A stretch of 56,670 nt of DNA from Chrysochromulina tobinii (Eukaryota), in the NCBI GenBank assembly GCA_001275005.1, contig JWZX01003182.1, forward strand, positions 1 through 56,670. Reading direction: 5' to 3'. A program made the translations under genes and the position numbers. The first letter of the stretch is position 1. Every line of letters starts with the position of its first letter. Positions 11,512-22,441 of the stretch are shown here, in pieces. The notes under the pieces were generated by a model. It had not been told where the DNA came from. It saw nothing but the letters and a program-made list of their open reading frames with translations, and did not search any database.

Positions 11512-14500
11512 CTACAATTCGGACTTGGGCTTCTTGCCCTTGCCGCCCTTGCCGCCCTTGCTACCTTTTCTGCTCTTGCGCTGCTGCTGCTCCATGAGCA
11601 TTGCCACCTCGGGTGGCACCTCGTACACGACCCATCGGCGTGCGTTATTCTCGCCGGGGAGCGGCTGCGCCCCTGCCCCCGCGCACACCTCGTCGCCGCA
11701 GCCGCACGAGAGCGATTCACTGTCAGCGCACGGCATGTCGCACCCGTCATCGAATTCGACTTCTCCGGACGGGTCAGGCGTGCCGTCGAAGGCGAAAGCG
11801 TGGCCGTCGACAGCCGACGCGCGTGCGATGGCCACATTCTTCTTGCCCTGCATCGCCGCAAACTGCATCGCCTGCATGAGGCTCGCGCCCGCCGCGCCAC
11901 CCGTATATACCTTGTCCTTGGGCAGCGACGCCTCGCGCCCGTAGCACGCCTTGGGCGTGAGCCCGAGCTGCTCGCCCAGCCCTCCGCGGCCGCCGCCGAA
12001 GCCGTCCTCCTCGCCGTAGTCCTCGCCGCCGCCGCGCCCCTCCATGCGCTTGTGGTACTCCTTGACATACTCATCCGACTCCTTGTCACGGCCTACGTTG
12101 AAGTCCTCGAGCTGCTTGAACGGCTTGCGCTTCGCGATGAGCGGCTGCAGCGCAGGCGGGTACTGCCCGACGCAATACCACGATCCGGGCGCGTCGCACA
12201 CACGATTCGCAGGATCGGCGACCCAGTCCTTGGACTTTTTGGAGACGTTCATCACCTTGAAGATGCGCACCTTGCCATATTTGGAGGTGAAGGCGTGCTT
12301 GAACATCTTCGGGTTGAGCGGCGGCACACCTGGCTCACCGTAGCGCACCGTCTTGTACAGCAGGCACTTCTCTATCATGGGCGTGGGGATGCCGCCTTGG
12401 TAAAAGCCAAACTGCGCGGGTGAGGCGAGCGTCGTGAGCGAGGCCGGGTCAAGGAGATGTGCCAGGGCAAGGTGAGAGAGGTTATGGGGGGGGCGAGGTG
12501 GCGGACGGCCGAGTGTGGGCGGCTCGAAACACCCGCTGCCCCAGGGGTGGACAGCGGATACCATCGGCCACCGGACGTTGGTGTAGCTGGCGTTAGTCAT
12601 GCGAGGGGCTCCCCCCCCTGCCTCCCCCAAGAGGGAGGCACCTCCAGATAACCTTCTGAAGAGCACCGGCTTAATACTTCAGCTCGGCAGGCCCTGGGCG
12701 CTCGCAGCATGCGGCGAGGGTGCGTGCATGTGCACGGCAGCGGCGGCAGCGGCAGCGGCGGCAGCAGCGGCAGAAGCGACAGCAGCGGCAGCAAACGTGC
12801 ACCATGGCGGCAGTGCGGCAGTGGCAGCGGCGACGGAGGCATACCTGCGAGCACGTGGGCTCGTCGCAGATGTCGTGGTAGACGGAGTTGCCGATGCGCG
12901 CCATGTGAGGCGACTTGGCGAGGTCATCGCCACCGCCACCCGCCCACACGAGCACATAGTCCGCGAGGTGGCGTGCGATGCGGTGCGCCTTCTCTTCAGA
13001 AGCTGAGAGGATGCGCCCGAGCGTCGCGATATGCTCGTGGTTCCACGTGTTACCGTCGGCGATGGTCGTGCGGTTGCCGATACCCGCGATCTGATAGCCA
13101 TAGTCCCACCAGGCCATGACGCGCGCGTCCTCAGGAGTCGTCTTCTTGAGCCACCAGTATGCCTCGCGGTAGTCGTCCAACATGATCTCTTTGCCATTGT
13201 TGAGGCGCGCCTTGAACATGATCGACGGTTGCGAGAGCTGCTCCGAGAGCTCGTGCGAGTACTTGTAAAACTCCTTGGCCTTCTTCTGTAGGGGCCAGCG
13301 CGTCTGGCGCACCAGGTAGACGCCGAGCGCGATTCGCAGCACGCAGGTTAGCCGGAAGTTGTACAGCGTCCAGGCGGCGCGCGCCACCCCTCTCATCTTG
13401 CGCTTGATTTGCTGCTGCAGCTTCGCGTTGCGCGTCATTCCGTCCGCGCCGTTCCCACTGCCCTCCTTTTTGGCTAATTTGGCGGCGGGGTCCTTGTCGT
13501 CGGCGGACGGCGCAGTCGTGGGCTCATCCTCCTCCTCGTGGTCGGCGAGCAGCGTAGGTTTGCCGTAGAGGGTCGTGGCGACGATACGACCGACTGGGTG
13601 CAACAAGAACTGGTCGAAGCAGAAGCCGATGGCGATGCCACCGAGTGCGGACGCGACGGGGCCGAGCAGGATCACGAGGCGCGCCATCCGATTCGAGAAG
13701 TAGTACGCGATGATCGAGTACAGGATGATGAACGAGTTCGCGTCTGTCCAGCGCAGGAAGCTCAGCCCAAAACCGACGGGAGCGAGCTCGTACGCGTGGC
13801 TCAAGTACTGCTGGTATGCCTGCTGGTTGGCTGGCTGGTGCTCGGCGACCGAGTCGACGAGCGGGTTGCCTGTGCGAGTGTGCTTCACAAAGAGGCCGCG
13901 CACGCGCGCCGATGGCGGCCCAAAGTAGTTCATCGAGAGCTGCAGATACGCCGCGCCCCCGACAGCGAGGATGAGGACGGGCAGAGTGACCTTGATGCGG
14001 AGTAGCGTGAGCTGCAGGAAGGAGAGGCCCTTGTTGCGGCGCTGCCTCTCGCAGTACTCGAGGATCTGAAAGGCAATGAAGACGAGCAGTGGCCCGATCT
14101 GCTCCGTCGACTTGAGCGGGCCCCAACCGACGACGGGTACGCGCATGGCGCCCATCGTACCGACGACGAAGAGGAGCGAGTACGCGCGATGCAGCTTCGA
14201 TGTGAAGCGCCCAAGGAAGAAGAGGGCGACGGCGTGCGCGCCGATCAGGTTGATGACGAAGACGAAGCCGCCCCACGCGGCCACCATGCACACGTACGCG
14301 AGCCCCGCCATCACGCCCCACACGATCGAGTCGCGCGTGGCGCGCCCGTCGGTGGCCGTTGGGTCGTTGCGCAGCGCGCGGACCCAGCAGAAGAAGGTGG
14401 CGGACATGCAGGTGAGCGCGATCGACTCGTTATCGTACCCGCCGCCAACGGAGCGCATCAGGTGCGCGGGCACGATCGACATGATCCCCGCAGCGACCAC

Positions 14501-15029
14501 GCCCGAGGCGTACGAGCCTGAGCACTCCTTGGTGAGCAGACCGAGGAAGCACGTCGCCGACACGCCGAACCACGCCGGCACGAAGCAGCACACGTCGTTG
14601 AGCGACATGGACGTATCGCCTACGGTGAGGCGCATCGCACGCCAGATCGCAACCGAAACGATCTGCATCCCCGGGTAGATCGTCGTGCCCACGGGCCGAC
14701 CGAGTGGGTACCACGACTCATAGTCAAACCACGTGAAGAACTTGTACCAGCCGTTGTCGGCGAGGTATTTGGTCGCGCGGAAGTTGAACCACGGGTCGAA
14801 TTCATGGATGACGCGCCCTGCGCACGTGAAGGCAGTTGGGCGTCAGTGGAACAGACACACAGGCGGTGGACCATAGAATACGGCCGCCGGGCGCACCAAA
14901 AGTCTTCAGCGCATAAAGGCGGATGCCGTACGCCTCGAGGCTGGCGAAGTAGAGGCCGACCGTGAAGGCGACGAACAAAGCGCCCTCGACGATGTACGAG
15001 GCAACTCGACGTTCGGCTGCGATCGGCAT
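11512..15029 (-). CDS. STT3: Oligosaccharyltransferase catalytic subunit STT3 (3 exons: 15029-14897, 14817-12845, 12411-11512)
   Basis: IHEFDPWFNFRAT, GGYDNE, SVAEHQP, WWDYG, DGNTWN and DDLAKSPHMARI motifs, with many TM helices. Two GT-AG introns restore the frame. Confidence 0.95.
12412..12844 (-). other. STT3 intron 2, 433 nt, containing GCN triplet repeats and a hairpin-rich segment
   Basis: CAG|gtatgc...cccgcgcag|TTT gives PTCSQFGFYQGG in frame. Confidence 0.85.
14818..14896 (-). other. STT3 intron 1, 79 nt
   Basis: TTT G|gtgcgc...gtgcgcag|GG CGC gives KTFGRVIHEFDPW. Confidence 0.88.
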
Positions 15030-15459
15030 CGGTGTCGTGGCGTGCCCGTGCCACGTGTTTCTGCAACGTGTTTCATGCATTTCCCCTGACCCCTGTAGAT
15101 GTGTAGATTCAATGCGTCGAGGCACCTTGTAAGAAGTCTTGTTCTTCGTCAGGTCGCTCGGCCACTACACCACCCTCGAGGCTGGCGAAGAGGCCGCACG
15201 TGTGTGTGTGTGAATTAGAAACAGGACCACACAGTACAGCGGCGCTCATGCAGGCGCGTCCCCGGGGGGGCGCGCTGTGGTGTGTGTTAGCACCTCCCCC
15301 GCCGCGCCGCCCGCCCCTCCCTGGGCCCCCTACCGCGCAATCCCACCCTCGTGTCTGCTGCCTCACAGTGGCCCACTCGGCGAGCCTCGCTGGAGTTAGC
15401 TGGAGTCTGCCGAGCGCCGTCCCGTGCGTGCGCTCTCGCAGCATTTCGGCCTGAGTCGT

Positions 15460-16889
15460 TTAGTATCCGCCGTAGCCGTAGCCGGGTTGGCCATATCCGG
15501 GTGGTTGGCCATAGCCGCCCGCGCCGTAGCCGTAGCCGTAGCCGGCCTGAGCGCAACGCAAGCGAGAGTCAAGTCGACACGGTGCGCCCTTGTGAGAGGC
15601 GAGAAGGAGAGGCGGGAGACTGTGCTCTCGCAGCCTCGCAGCGGCGTTTGGGCTCTCTTTCTCTCTCTCACACACACCTGCGGGTACCCGGCACCCATGC
15701 CACCAGGATTGTAGCCGCCATGTGCGGCGGCGGGATAGCCGCCGCCGCTCGTGCCGCAGCTGCCCATCGGCCCCCCCATGCCAGCGTGGGAGCCCAGAGG
15801 GGCATGCATAGAGGCATGCATAGAGGCATGCATAGGGGGCCACGTGGCGCTTCCCGGAGTCTCGAGCACATGCTTGTAACGGCAGCCGGCGCCTCGCGAG
15901 CAATTGCCATTTTGGAAGTCCTTGCACACGGGCTGGTCGCTCACCTCGGTCATTGGCTGCCCCTCGTGCACGAACTTACAGTTGGCACCGCGCGCGCACC
16001 GCCCGGAAAGGAAGTCCTTGCACACCTGACCGCCCGTGCTCGCCTGCGGCGCGACGCCGTACCGTGCGACGCCGCCGGCATGCGAGGGCAATGCGACGCC
16101 GCCATGCATCGCGGCAGGCGCAGCCCCCATTGAGCCTGGCCCGCCAAACATGGTGGGCATCTGCGGTGCATGCATCGTCAATGCTCCGGTCGCCCCGGCG
16201 GCCGGTTCGTGAGCAAACTTGCAGTTCGCGCCACGCGTGCACAAGCCGTTCTGGAAATCCTTGCACGGCGGCTTCGAGCCGGGGGGGGGAGCTGCGGGGC
16301 CTCCCGTATGCAGGAACTTGCAGCCCACGCCGCGGTTGCACACGCCATTCGTAAAGTCCTTGCACACCTGGCCGCCCGCCCCGCCCCCACCGCTGCTGCC
16401 GTAGGTCGCGCCACCGCCATAGGCCGCGCCGGTGCCGTAAGCGCCATAGGGCGCGGCGCTGGCGGGCCAACCGCCGTAGGCGCTTTGAGCCCACATCCCA
16501 GGCGCCGGGTACGCGGCAGGCGGCGGCGGGACCATCTCTGGCAAACGCGCTCCGTAGCTAGTGGGCGCTGGGGGCAGCAGCGGGACAAGCGCCGGCATCG
16601 GCGCAGCGACTGCCGCGGTCGTAGCGGAGGTGGCAGCGGGTGCCGAAGCTTCTCCCTTCGACTTTGTCGAAGAAGAAGAAGCAGTAGGTGGCTCGGGCGC
16701 AGTCGCCGTCGTCGTTGCAGCGGCATCAGGAGCGTCAGGAGCGGAGTTAGCGGTAGCAGCAGCGCCACCGTCCGCGGCGGCGCCCGCCTCGGCCCCGGCC
16801 ACTCCATCCGCTGCATCCTCTGTCGCGCGAGAGCGCTTCGCCTCGGGCTCCTCACCGTCAGCCAGCTCACGCTTGTCAAAGTCGGCCAT
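15460..16889 (-). CDS. CCCH zinc-finger RNA-binding protein (4 fingers in two pairs, Gly/Tyr-rich tail); intron 15547-15677
   Basis: Four CKDFxxGxCxRGxxCKFxH-type (C-x7-C-x5-C-x3-H) motifs. CAG|gtgtgt...gctcag|GCC joins GYPQ to AGYGYGYG..GGY-stop. Confidence 0.9.
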
Positions 16890-16955
16890 GTGCAACGCGC
16901 CTGAGAATGTCACGTTCACAGCGGTTCTGATGTGATTAGCCGCATAAAGTAAAGT

Positions 16956-18308
16956 CTACAAATTCTCGTTACTAAGGGCAAGTGCCGCGCATGCGCGGAG
17001 CTGATCCCGAGGAACATACCGAGGCGATGAGGATGGTGGGCTGCCGCGTACAGGGTAATCAGTCCCCCCGTTGAGCGCTCGCGGCGGGGTGCTGCTCAGC
17101 CCGTGGCGCCACCAACCTTCGCCTGTTCCTGGCACGGCTGGCGTGGCTGCGGCTGGCGTGGCGGGTGGCCTGCGGGCGGCCACTGCCGCAGCCACCCGAA
17201 CACGACGCTCCCGCTCTAGCCGGTCGAGGGGCGCGTCTCGACTGAAGCTGCCGCCAACACTGCTGAAGCTGCTGCTACCATGGCTGGGGCTGCGCCCATC
17301 TGGACCTGCTGCTACCAGGCTTGGCGACTTCTTGTCACGTTTGAGTTTCTTGTTCGTCGGCGAGGCGGCGGCCAGCCCAGTAGCCCGGGGTACCTTGACG
17401 CGAATGGGCGATGGTGGCGTGCCCAGAGGCAGGGACGGGGAGCGCACAGGTGGGGAGGGCACCTTCGGCTCGTTCGAGTCGAGCGCCGTCTCCGCGCGGC
17501 CGCTGCCGAAACCCAAACCCAACCAGCTGAACACTGGTGACGAGGACTCCGGCGCGGCCGCGAGAGCGGCGGGGAGCGGCGCTGGCTGCTCGAGCCGCTC
17601 GAATACTGGCGTCGCGCCCTTGATGGGGCAGTGCACCTGGAGATCTCCCTCGTCGAGATCATCGCGGAGATCATCCTTCTGGCGCTCTAAGCGGGCTGCT
17701 CGATGGGCGAGGATGCGTTTGACCGCCTCTCGCCGGTGCTGCTCCGTTCGCATCTCTTCGGCGCGCGCAGCCCGCTCCAAAATCTCCTGCGCGCGCAAGG
17801 CCTTGGCCGCGGCTTCCTTCTGCGCTTGATCGTACGCTGCCGCGATCGCGTCCACCCTGGCCTTGGTCTCCTTGTCCTTTTGGGCTTGGGTGACCTTCCA
17901 CGCGGGTACGTGCCGAGAGGCTTTACGCGCGGCCGCAACCACCCGACGACGCTCCCGCTCAAGCAGGGTCTCTGGCTCCAATCCAGCGTCCCCGGCCTTT
18001 TCGCCCTCCTCCAGGTGAACGAAACCTGCAGGAGGTGATGCCGGATCGAAGCAGACAATGCAAATTGCTAGGAAGCCGAGCAGGAGCACTGTTTCCAGCG
18101 CTAGAAAGGGCAGCCGCAGTGGTAGTGGCAAGTTGCCGTTTGGTGGGGCAGAGGGCGGCGGCGGCGGCGGTGGCGATGGCTCTGGTGGTGACGGCTCGGG
18201 TGGTGGGGGAGGCACCGGCTCCTGCAGCGGCGAGAGCACCGCTTCCACACGCTGCTCAGAGGCCGTCCCCAGGCTCAAGAGGCACAGCACTGTGACGGCA
18301 AGACGCAT
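16956..18308 (-). CDS. Hypothetical single-pass membrane protein (signal peptide, Pro-rich stalk, TM helix, coiled coil)
   Basis: 450-aa ATG ORF. MRLAVTVLCLLSLGTAS signal-like start, PPPP tract, hydrophobic FLALETVLLLGFLAICIVCF, then a charged helix. Confidence 0.7.
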   Translation of the reverse strand: MRLAVTVLCLLSLGTASEQRVEAVLSPLQEPVPPPPPEPSPPEPSPPPPPPPSAPPNGNLPLPLRLPFLALETVLLLGFLAICIVCFDPASPPAGFVHLEEGEKAGDAGLEPETLLERERRRVVAAARKASRHVPAWKVTQAQKDKETKARVDAIAAAYDQAQKEAAAKALRAQEILERAARAEEMRTEQHRREAVKRILAHRAARLERQKDDLRDDLDEGDLQVHCPIKGATPVFERLEQPAPLPAALAAAPESSSPVFSWLGLGFGSGRAETALDSNEPKVPSPPVRSPSLPLGTPPSPIRVKVPRATGLAAASPTNKKLKRDKKSPSLVAAGPDGRSPSHGSSSFSSVGGSFSRDAPLDRLERERRVRVAAAVAARRPPATPAAATPAVPGTGEGWWRHGLSSTPPRALNGGTDYPVRGSPPSSSPRYVPRDQLRACAALALSNENL

Positions 18309-18586
18309 CGCCTTGATGGCAACTAGCTGGGCCCGGGTGCCGCAGCGTGCTCAGCGACACGACCGCTCCGCTCTCGTGAAGGCCGTCGGACTTCGAATTT
18401 GGTAAGTTGCGAAAATCGAGCTCGAGCTCTGGAGTTTCTTCATGGGAATCAGCAAAGAGGAAGGCTCGACTCTGTGTTACACCCAATTCACATTCACATT
18501 CACAGCGCCGACGTACCCCGTCGCGACTCGTTTTGTCTGCGGCCGGGCAGTTCCATTGCGTCGGTTGCAGGCCTTCCGGGTAAGCA

Positions 18587-20812
18587 ATGAGCCAGTCCTC
18601 ATGGTTCCAGATGAACATGAGCTTCAAGGACAAATTTACGGTGTCGGCGAACCACTACCGTCGCAGCTCTGACGCGTACGGCGAGTGCTTCACCAATCCC
18701 GTCCTCACGGAGTCGCTCACGTCGTCGTACCTCCTCAAAGGCCCCCCCTCGTCGGCGTACCTGCCCATCTCAGCGGCAAAGACGCCCGGCCAGAACGGCC
18801 ACACGATTACGCCCATTGGCATGTCCAATTATGGCCAGACCCGCACGGCGAATCAAAAGACTTCGTGGATGCCCACGCACACGATGAAGGCGAAGAAGGA
18901 CTCGGGGTTCGTGTTTGACATCCTGGATGCCGACGGGGATGGCCGCATCACGAGAGCGGAATACATCGCCGGCTTCGACATCATCGACACAAATCATGAT
19001 GGCTTCATCTCCCGCGAGGAGTTCGGCACTGAAAGCAATGCCCCCTTCAAGCTGCTCGACACGGACGGAGATGGGCACCTGACCAGGGCCGAGTACGAAG
19101 CAGGCTTCGACTTGTTCGACAATGATGGTGACGGGTTCATCACCCGGGCCGAACTCCACGGGCACGTGGTCCCGAAATTCTCTTTCGACGCTCTCGATGC
19201 AGACGGCGACGGTGAGATCACCAAGGAAGAGTACATGAAAGCGTTCGACATGATCGATCTCGATAGGGACGGCTACATCACTGTGCTCGAGTTCAACTGT
19301 GTCTCCTGCTTGCCCTTCGCCTTGATCGACAAGGACGGCGATGGAAAGCTCACGAGAAAGGAGTGGGAAGAAGGCTTTAAGCACTTCGACCTTGACGGTG
19401 ATGGCAAGATCACGAAGGCCGAGTTCCTCATCGTGTCGCGCGCCGGCTTTGTGTTTGAACTGCTCGATGCTGACGGCGACGGGCGCATCACGTTCAAGGA
19501 GTACCAGAAGGGCTTCGACATCCTCGATGCGGACAAGGATGGCTTCCTTTCCAGGAAGGAGTTTGGCTCGGGCATCTCGGGCCTGATCTTCGCCAAGCTC
19601 GATACTGACCGGGACGGCAAGCTGTCTCGCAAGGAGTACGATGCTGGCTTTAAGCTCATGGACATCGATCGGGACGGCATGATCGACAAGAGGGAGTTCA
19701 ACATCACGGCTCGGCCCGGCTTCCTCTTCTCACTGCTCGATGTCGACGGCGACGGCCGCATCACGCGCGAAGAGTTCAATGCCGGATTCAACGTCCTCGA
19801 CGCCGACGGCGATGGACACATTACGCGTGAGGAGTTTAACTGCGCCTCGGGGGCTCCCTTCCACCTCATCGACAAGGACGGCGATGGCTACATTTCGAGG
19901 CAGGAGTGGCACTCCGTATTCGACTACTTCGACGAAGATCACGATGGGTACATCACTGCCAAGGAGTTCAACACGCTTGCGCACCCGGGCTTCCTTTTCT
20001 CGACGCTCGATGCAGATGGAGACGGCACCATCACCCGCGAAGAGTACAATGCTGGGTTCGACATCATGGATACGAATCAGAACGGTTACCTGAGCCAGGA
20101 GGAGTTTCAGTGCGCCTTCTTCAAAACGCTGGATGTCGATGGCGACGGGAAGCTGTCAAGGGCCGAGTACGAGGCGGGCTTTGATATCATCGACTACGAT
20201 CGGGACGGCTTCCTCACCAAGTGGGAGTTCATGGCAGCTTCCCGGCCGGGATTCTTGTTCGATGTGCTCGACGTTGACATGGATGGTCGCATCACGCGGG
20301 CGGAGTACAATGCTGGCTTCGACATCATCGATGGCGACAAGGACGGGAAGCTCACGAAGGAGGAGTTCGGTGCCGTGTCCCACGCCATCTTCGATAAGAT
20401 CGACTTGGATGGAGACGGTTTTCTGACGAGGGAGGAGTGGGAGGCAGGCTTTGATATGTTCGACCTGGACCACGACGGGTACATCACCCGTGACGAGCTC
20501 CATAGCGTGGCTGGGCCGAAGTTTGCATTCGATTCGTTGGATGCCGACGGCGACGGCATGATCACCCGCGAGGAGTACGAAGCCGCCTTCCGCATCATGG
20601 ATAGGAACAGGGATGGAAAGCTCTCTCGAGCGGAGTTCAATCTCGCGTCAGCTCTGCCCTTCAAGAGACTGGACCTGGATGGCGACGGATTCATCACGTT
20701 CGACGAGTACAAAAAGGGGTTCGATATGATGGACACCAACAAGGATGGCAAGCTCTCCAAAGAAGAATTCATGCTCGTGAACCTCGCACCGCCGGCGCCC
20801 CGTCGGAAGTGA
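18587..20812 (+). CDS. Poly-EF-hand calcium-binding protein (28 loops)
   Basis: 741-aa ORF with 28 counted 12-residue DxDxDGx(I/L)xxxE-type loops. Confidence 0.93.
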   Translation: MSQSSWFQMNMSFKDKFTVSANHYRRSSDAYGECFTNPVLTESLTSSYLLKGPPSSAYLPISAAKTPGQNGHTITPIGMSNYGQTRTANQKTSWMPTHTMKAKKDSGFVFDILDADGDGRITRAEYIAGFDIIDTNHDGFISREEFGTESNAPFKLLDTDGDGHLTRAEYEAGFDLFDNDGDGFITRAELHGHVVPKFSFDALDADGDGEITKEEYMKAFDMIDLDRDGYITVLEFNCVSCLPFALIDKDGDGKLTRKEWEEGFKHFDLDGDGKITKAEFLIVSRAGFVFELLDADGDGRITFKEYQKGFDILDADKDGFLSRKEFGSGISGLIFAKLDTDRDGKLSRKEYDAGFKLMDIDRDGMIDKREFNITARPGFLFSLLDVDGDGRITREEFNAGFNVLDADGDGHITREEFNCASGAPFHLIDKDGDGYISRQEWHSVFDYFDEDHDGYITAKEFNTLAHPGFLFSTLDADGDGTITREEYNAGFDIMDTNQNGYLSQEEFQCAFFKTLDVDGDGKLSRAEYEAGFDIIDYDRDGFLTKWEFMAASRPGFLFDVLDVDMDGRITRAEYNAGFDIIDGDKDGKLTKEEFGAVSHAIFDKIDLDGDGFLTREEWEAGFDMFDLDHDGYITRDELHSVAGPKFAFDSLDADGDGMITREEYEAAFRIMDRNRDGKLSRAEFNLASALPFKRLDLDGDGFITFDEYKKGFDMMDTNKDGKLSKEEFMLVNLAPPAPRRK

Positions 20813-21394
20813 GCCCAAACGTCCGTGTCTGCTCGATGCCGGTTCTCGAGGGCCAGTCAAGGCGGCGGAGGACGCACCGGCAATTTAACAACTAGGCGAG
20901 CGCGGTTTCGTTCGCCCGGGTTCGGGAGGCGTGTTGAGAGCCCATTCTGCCTAGGCCACCCTGGGGGTGACCGAAGACTCAGACCGATCGGCATTGCGGC
21001 TCTCCCGGGCTGTGGGGTGTTGGGTCGTGCGTGCCTGCTGGCAGTCTAAGCCTGAGCGAGAATGTGTCAACTGTCGCGTGGAGGTGCACAACGGCTACAA
21101 TTTGAAAGCGGTGGATGATTACTGTGTGACGTGGTGCATCTCGGTGCACCCCCTGAGGAGCGGTCGTACGTGGTGGGAGGAGCAGGGTGCTGTGCGGGTT
21201 CTGGTACGAACCGTGAAGCAACGGTACTATCATGCTGTGTCTGGTGAACGTGTCTGCTGACGCTCAGTCGGGACCGGTCCGGCGACGTTGACACCGCGCG
21301 CGTGTGCCTGTGGTTTCTAGCGCCACACTTAACATCTTTTGAAGGCCGTGAACCCACACACAGGGAGGGGCGCGTCGAGTCGTGGGCTCCACTT

Positions 21395-22441
21395 CTAAAC
21401 CTCCACGAGCTGGCAATCATGCACCTCCGGCTGCCACCACGGCGGAATAGGTATGTCGCCATTCCAGTACCAGATCGTCGTGGCGAAGCGATTGGCCTCG
21501 CGCCGTCGCACGGGCAGAACCTCGTGTGGACACCGAAAGTCAGACAGGAAGAGCACCAGCCGATCCATGAGCGGTGCCACGTCGAGACGAGCAGGCGTAT
21601 CGTCGGCCAGCGGCGTGGCCGCGGTGTCCATCGGCTCGCCCAGTGGCTGCTGGGAGCCGAAGAGCCGGAGGCAGCCACCGTCGGTCTCAGCGTCCCAGTC
21701 GGCGTCTTGCATGTAGTAGACGGTGGTCAGCACTCGGCCGTTGCACAGCTCTCCCTGGCCTCGGCAGCAGTTATTATCCACGTGCCGGGCGAAGGCGTCA
21801 CCATAGCCATAGCGTGCGACCATGGGCCGCTGCCGAGCGCTGATGGCGCCCAGCAGCGTCGGCTTACGTTCGCGCAGCGCACGCACCAAGGCGTCAACAC
21901 GCCTGCTGAGTTGATCAAACCCCGGAGGGTCCCAGGCGATGAAGTCGGAGCGGGCGGCAGGCTGAGCGCCCCGCAGTGCGTCAGCAGGCCGCGCGCGAGC
22001 GGCTCGAAACGCATCCCTCTCCCACGCGGCCGTGCAGCACTCGCGTAGCTGCTGAGCGGCGGCGCCACCCGCAAATCCATCTATCACAGCAAAGTGCTGG
22101 ACTTCCAGTGTGTCGGCGATCGCGTCGAGCGCCGCTAGTTCTGTGCACCAACTCGATGCTGCATCAGAGCGGCAAGTGGCAATTGCCGGCTGGAGACGTG
22201 CGGCCGCATCTTCGTCCAGCATGGGCGGCGCGCTGGCAGCGACAGCCTTCAGCATCCTCGAGTGCAGGTCGGTCGCCCATGCGGGCCACACTTCGGACTC
22301 GAGCTCTGGCACGAGATTGTACGCAGCTCGAAACGAGCGGATGCCGTGTTGCACTCGGCCCGAATCGCACAGGCTCTCGCCCTCGATGTAGGCACGAATC
22401 GCACGCTCGAGAGTGGTGACGGCTTCTGACTCGGGCTGCAT
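21395..22441 (-). CDS. EGLN/PHD-like 2OG-Fe(II) prolyl hydroxylase
   Basis: RHVDN (HxD), LTTVYYM..WD...[36 protein letters not shown]. These follow the EGLN catalytic-domain pattern. Confidence 0.88.
   Translation of the reverse strand: MQPESEAVTTLERAIRAYIEGESLCDSGRVQHGIRSFRAAYNLVPELESEVWPAWATDLHSRMLKAVAASAPPMLDEDAAARLQPAIATCRSDAASSWCTELAALDAIADTLEVQHFAVIDGFAGGAAAQQLRECCTAAWERDAFRAARARPADALRGAQPAARSDFIAWDPPGFDQLSRRVDALVRALRERKPTLLGAISARQRPMVARYGYGDAFARHVDNNCCRGQGELCNGRVLTTVYYMQDADWDAETDGGCLRLFGSQQPLGEPMDTAATPLADDTPARLDVAPLMDRLVLFLSDFRCPHEVLPVRRREANRFATTIWYWNGDIPIPPWWQPEVHDCQLVEV

Noticed and set aside
12520..12665. Active hammerhead ribozyme (cgaaac ... ctgaaga)
   Set aside because: Stems II and III do not pair next to the core and there is no properly placed NUH site.
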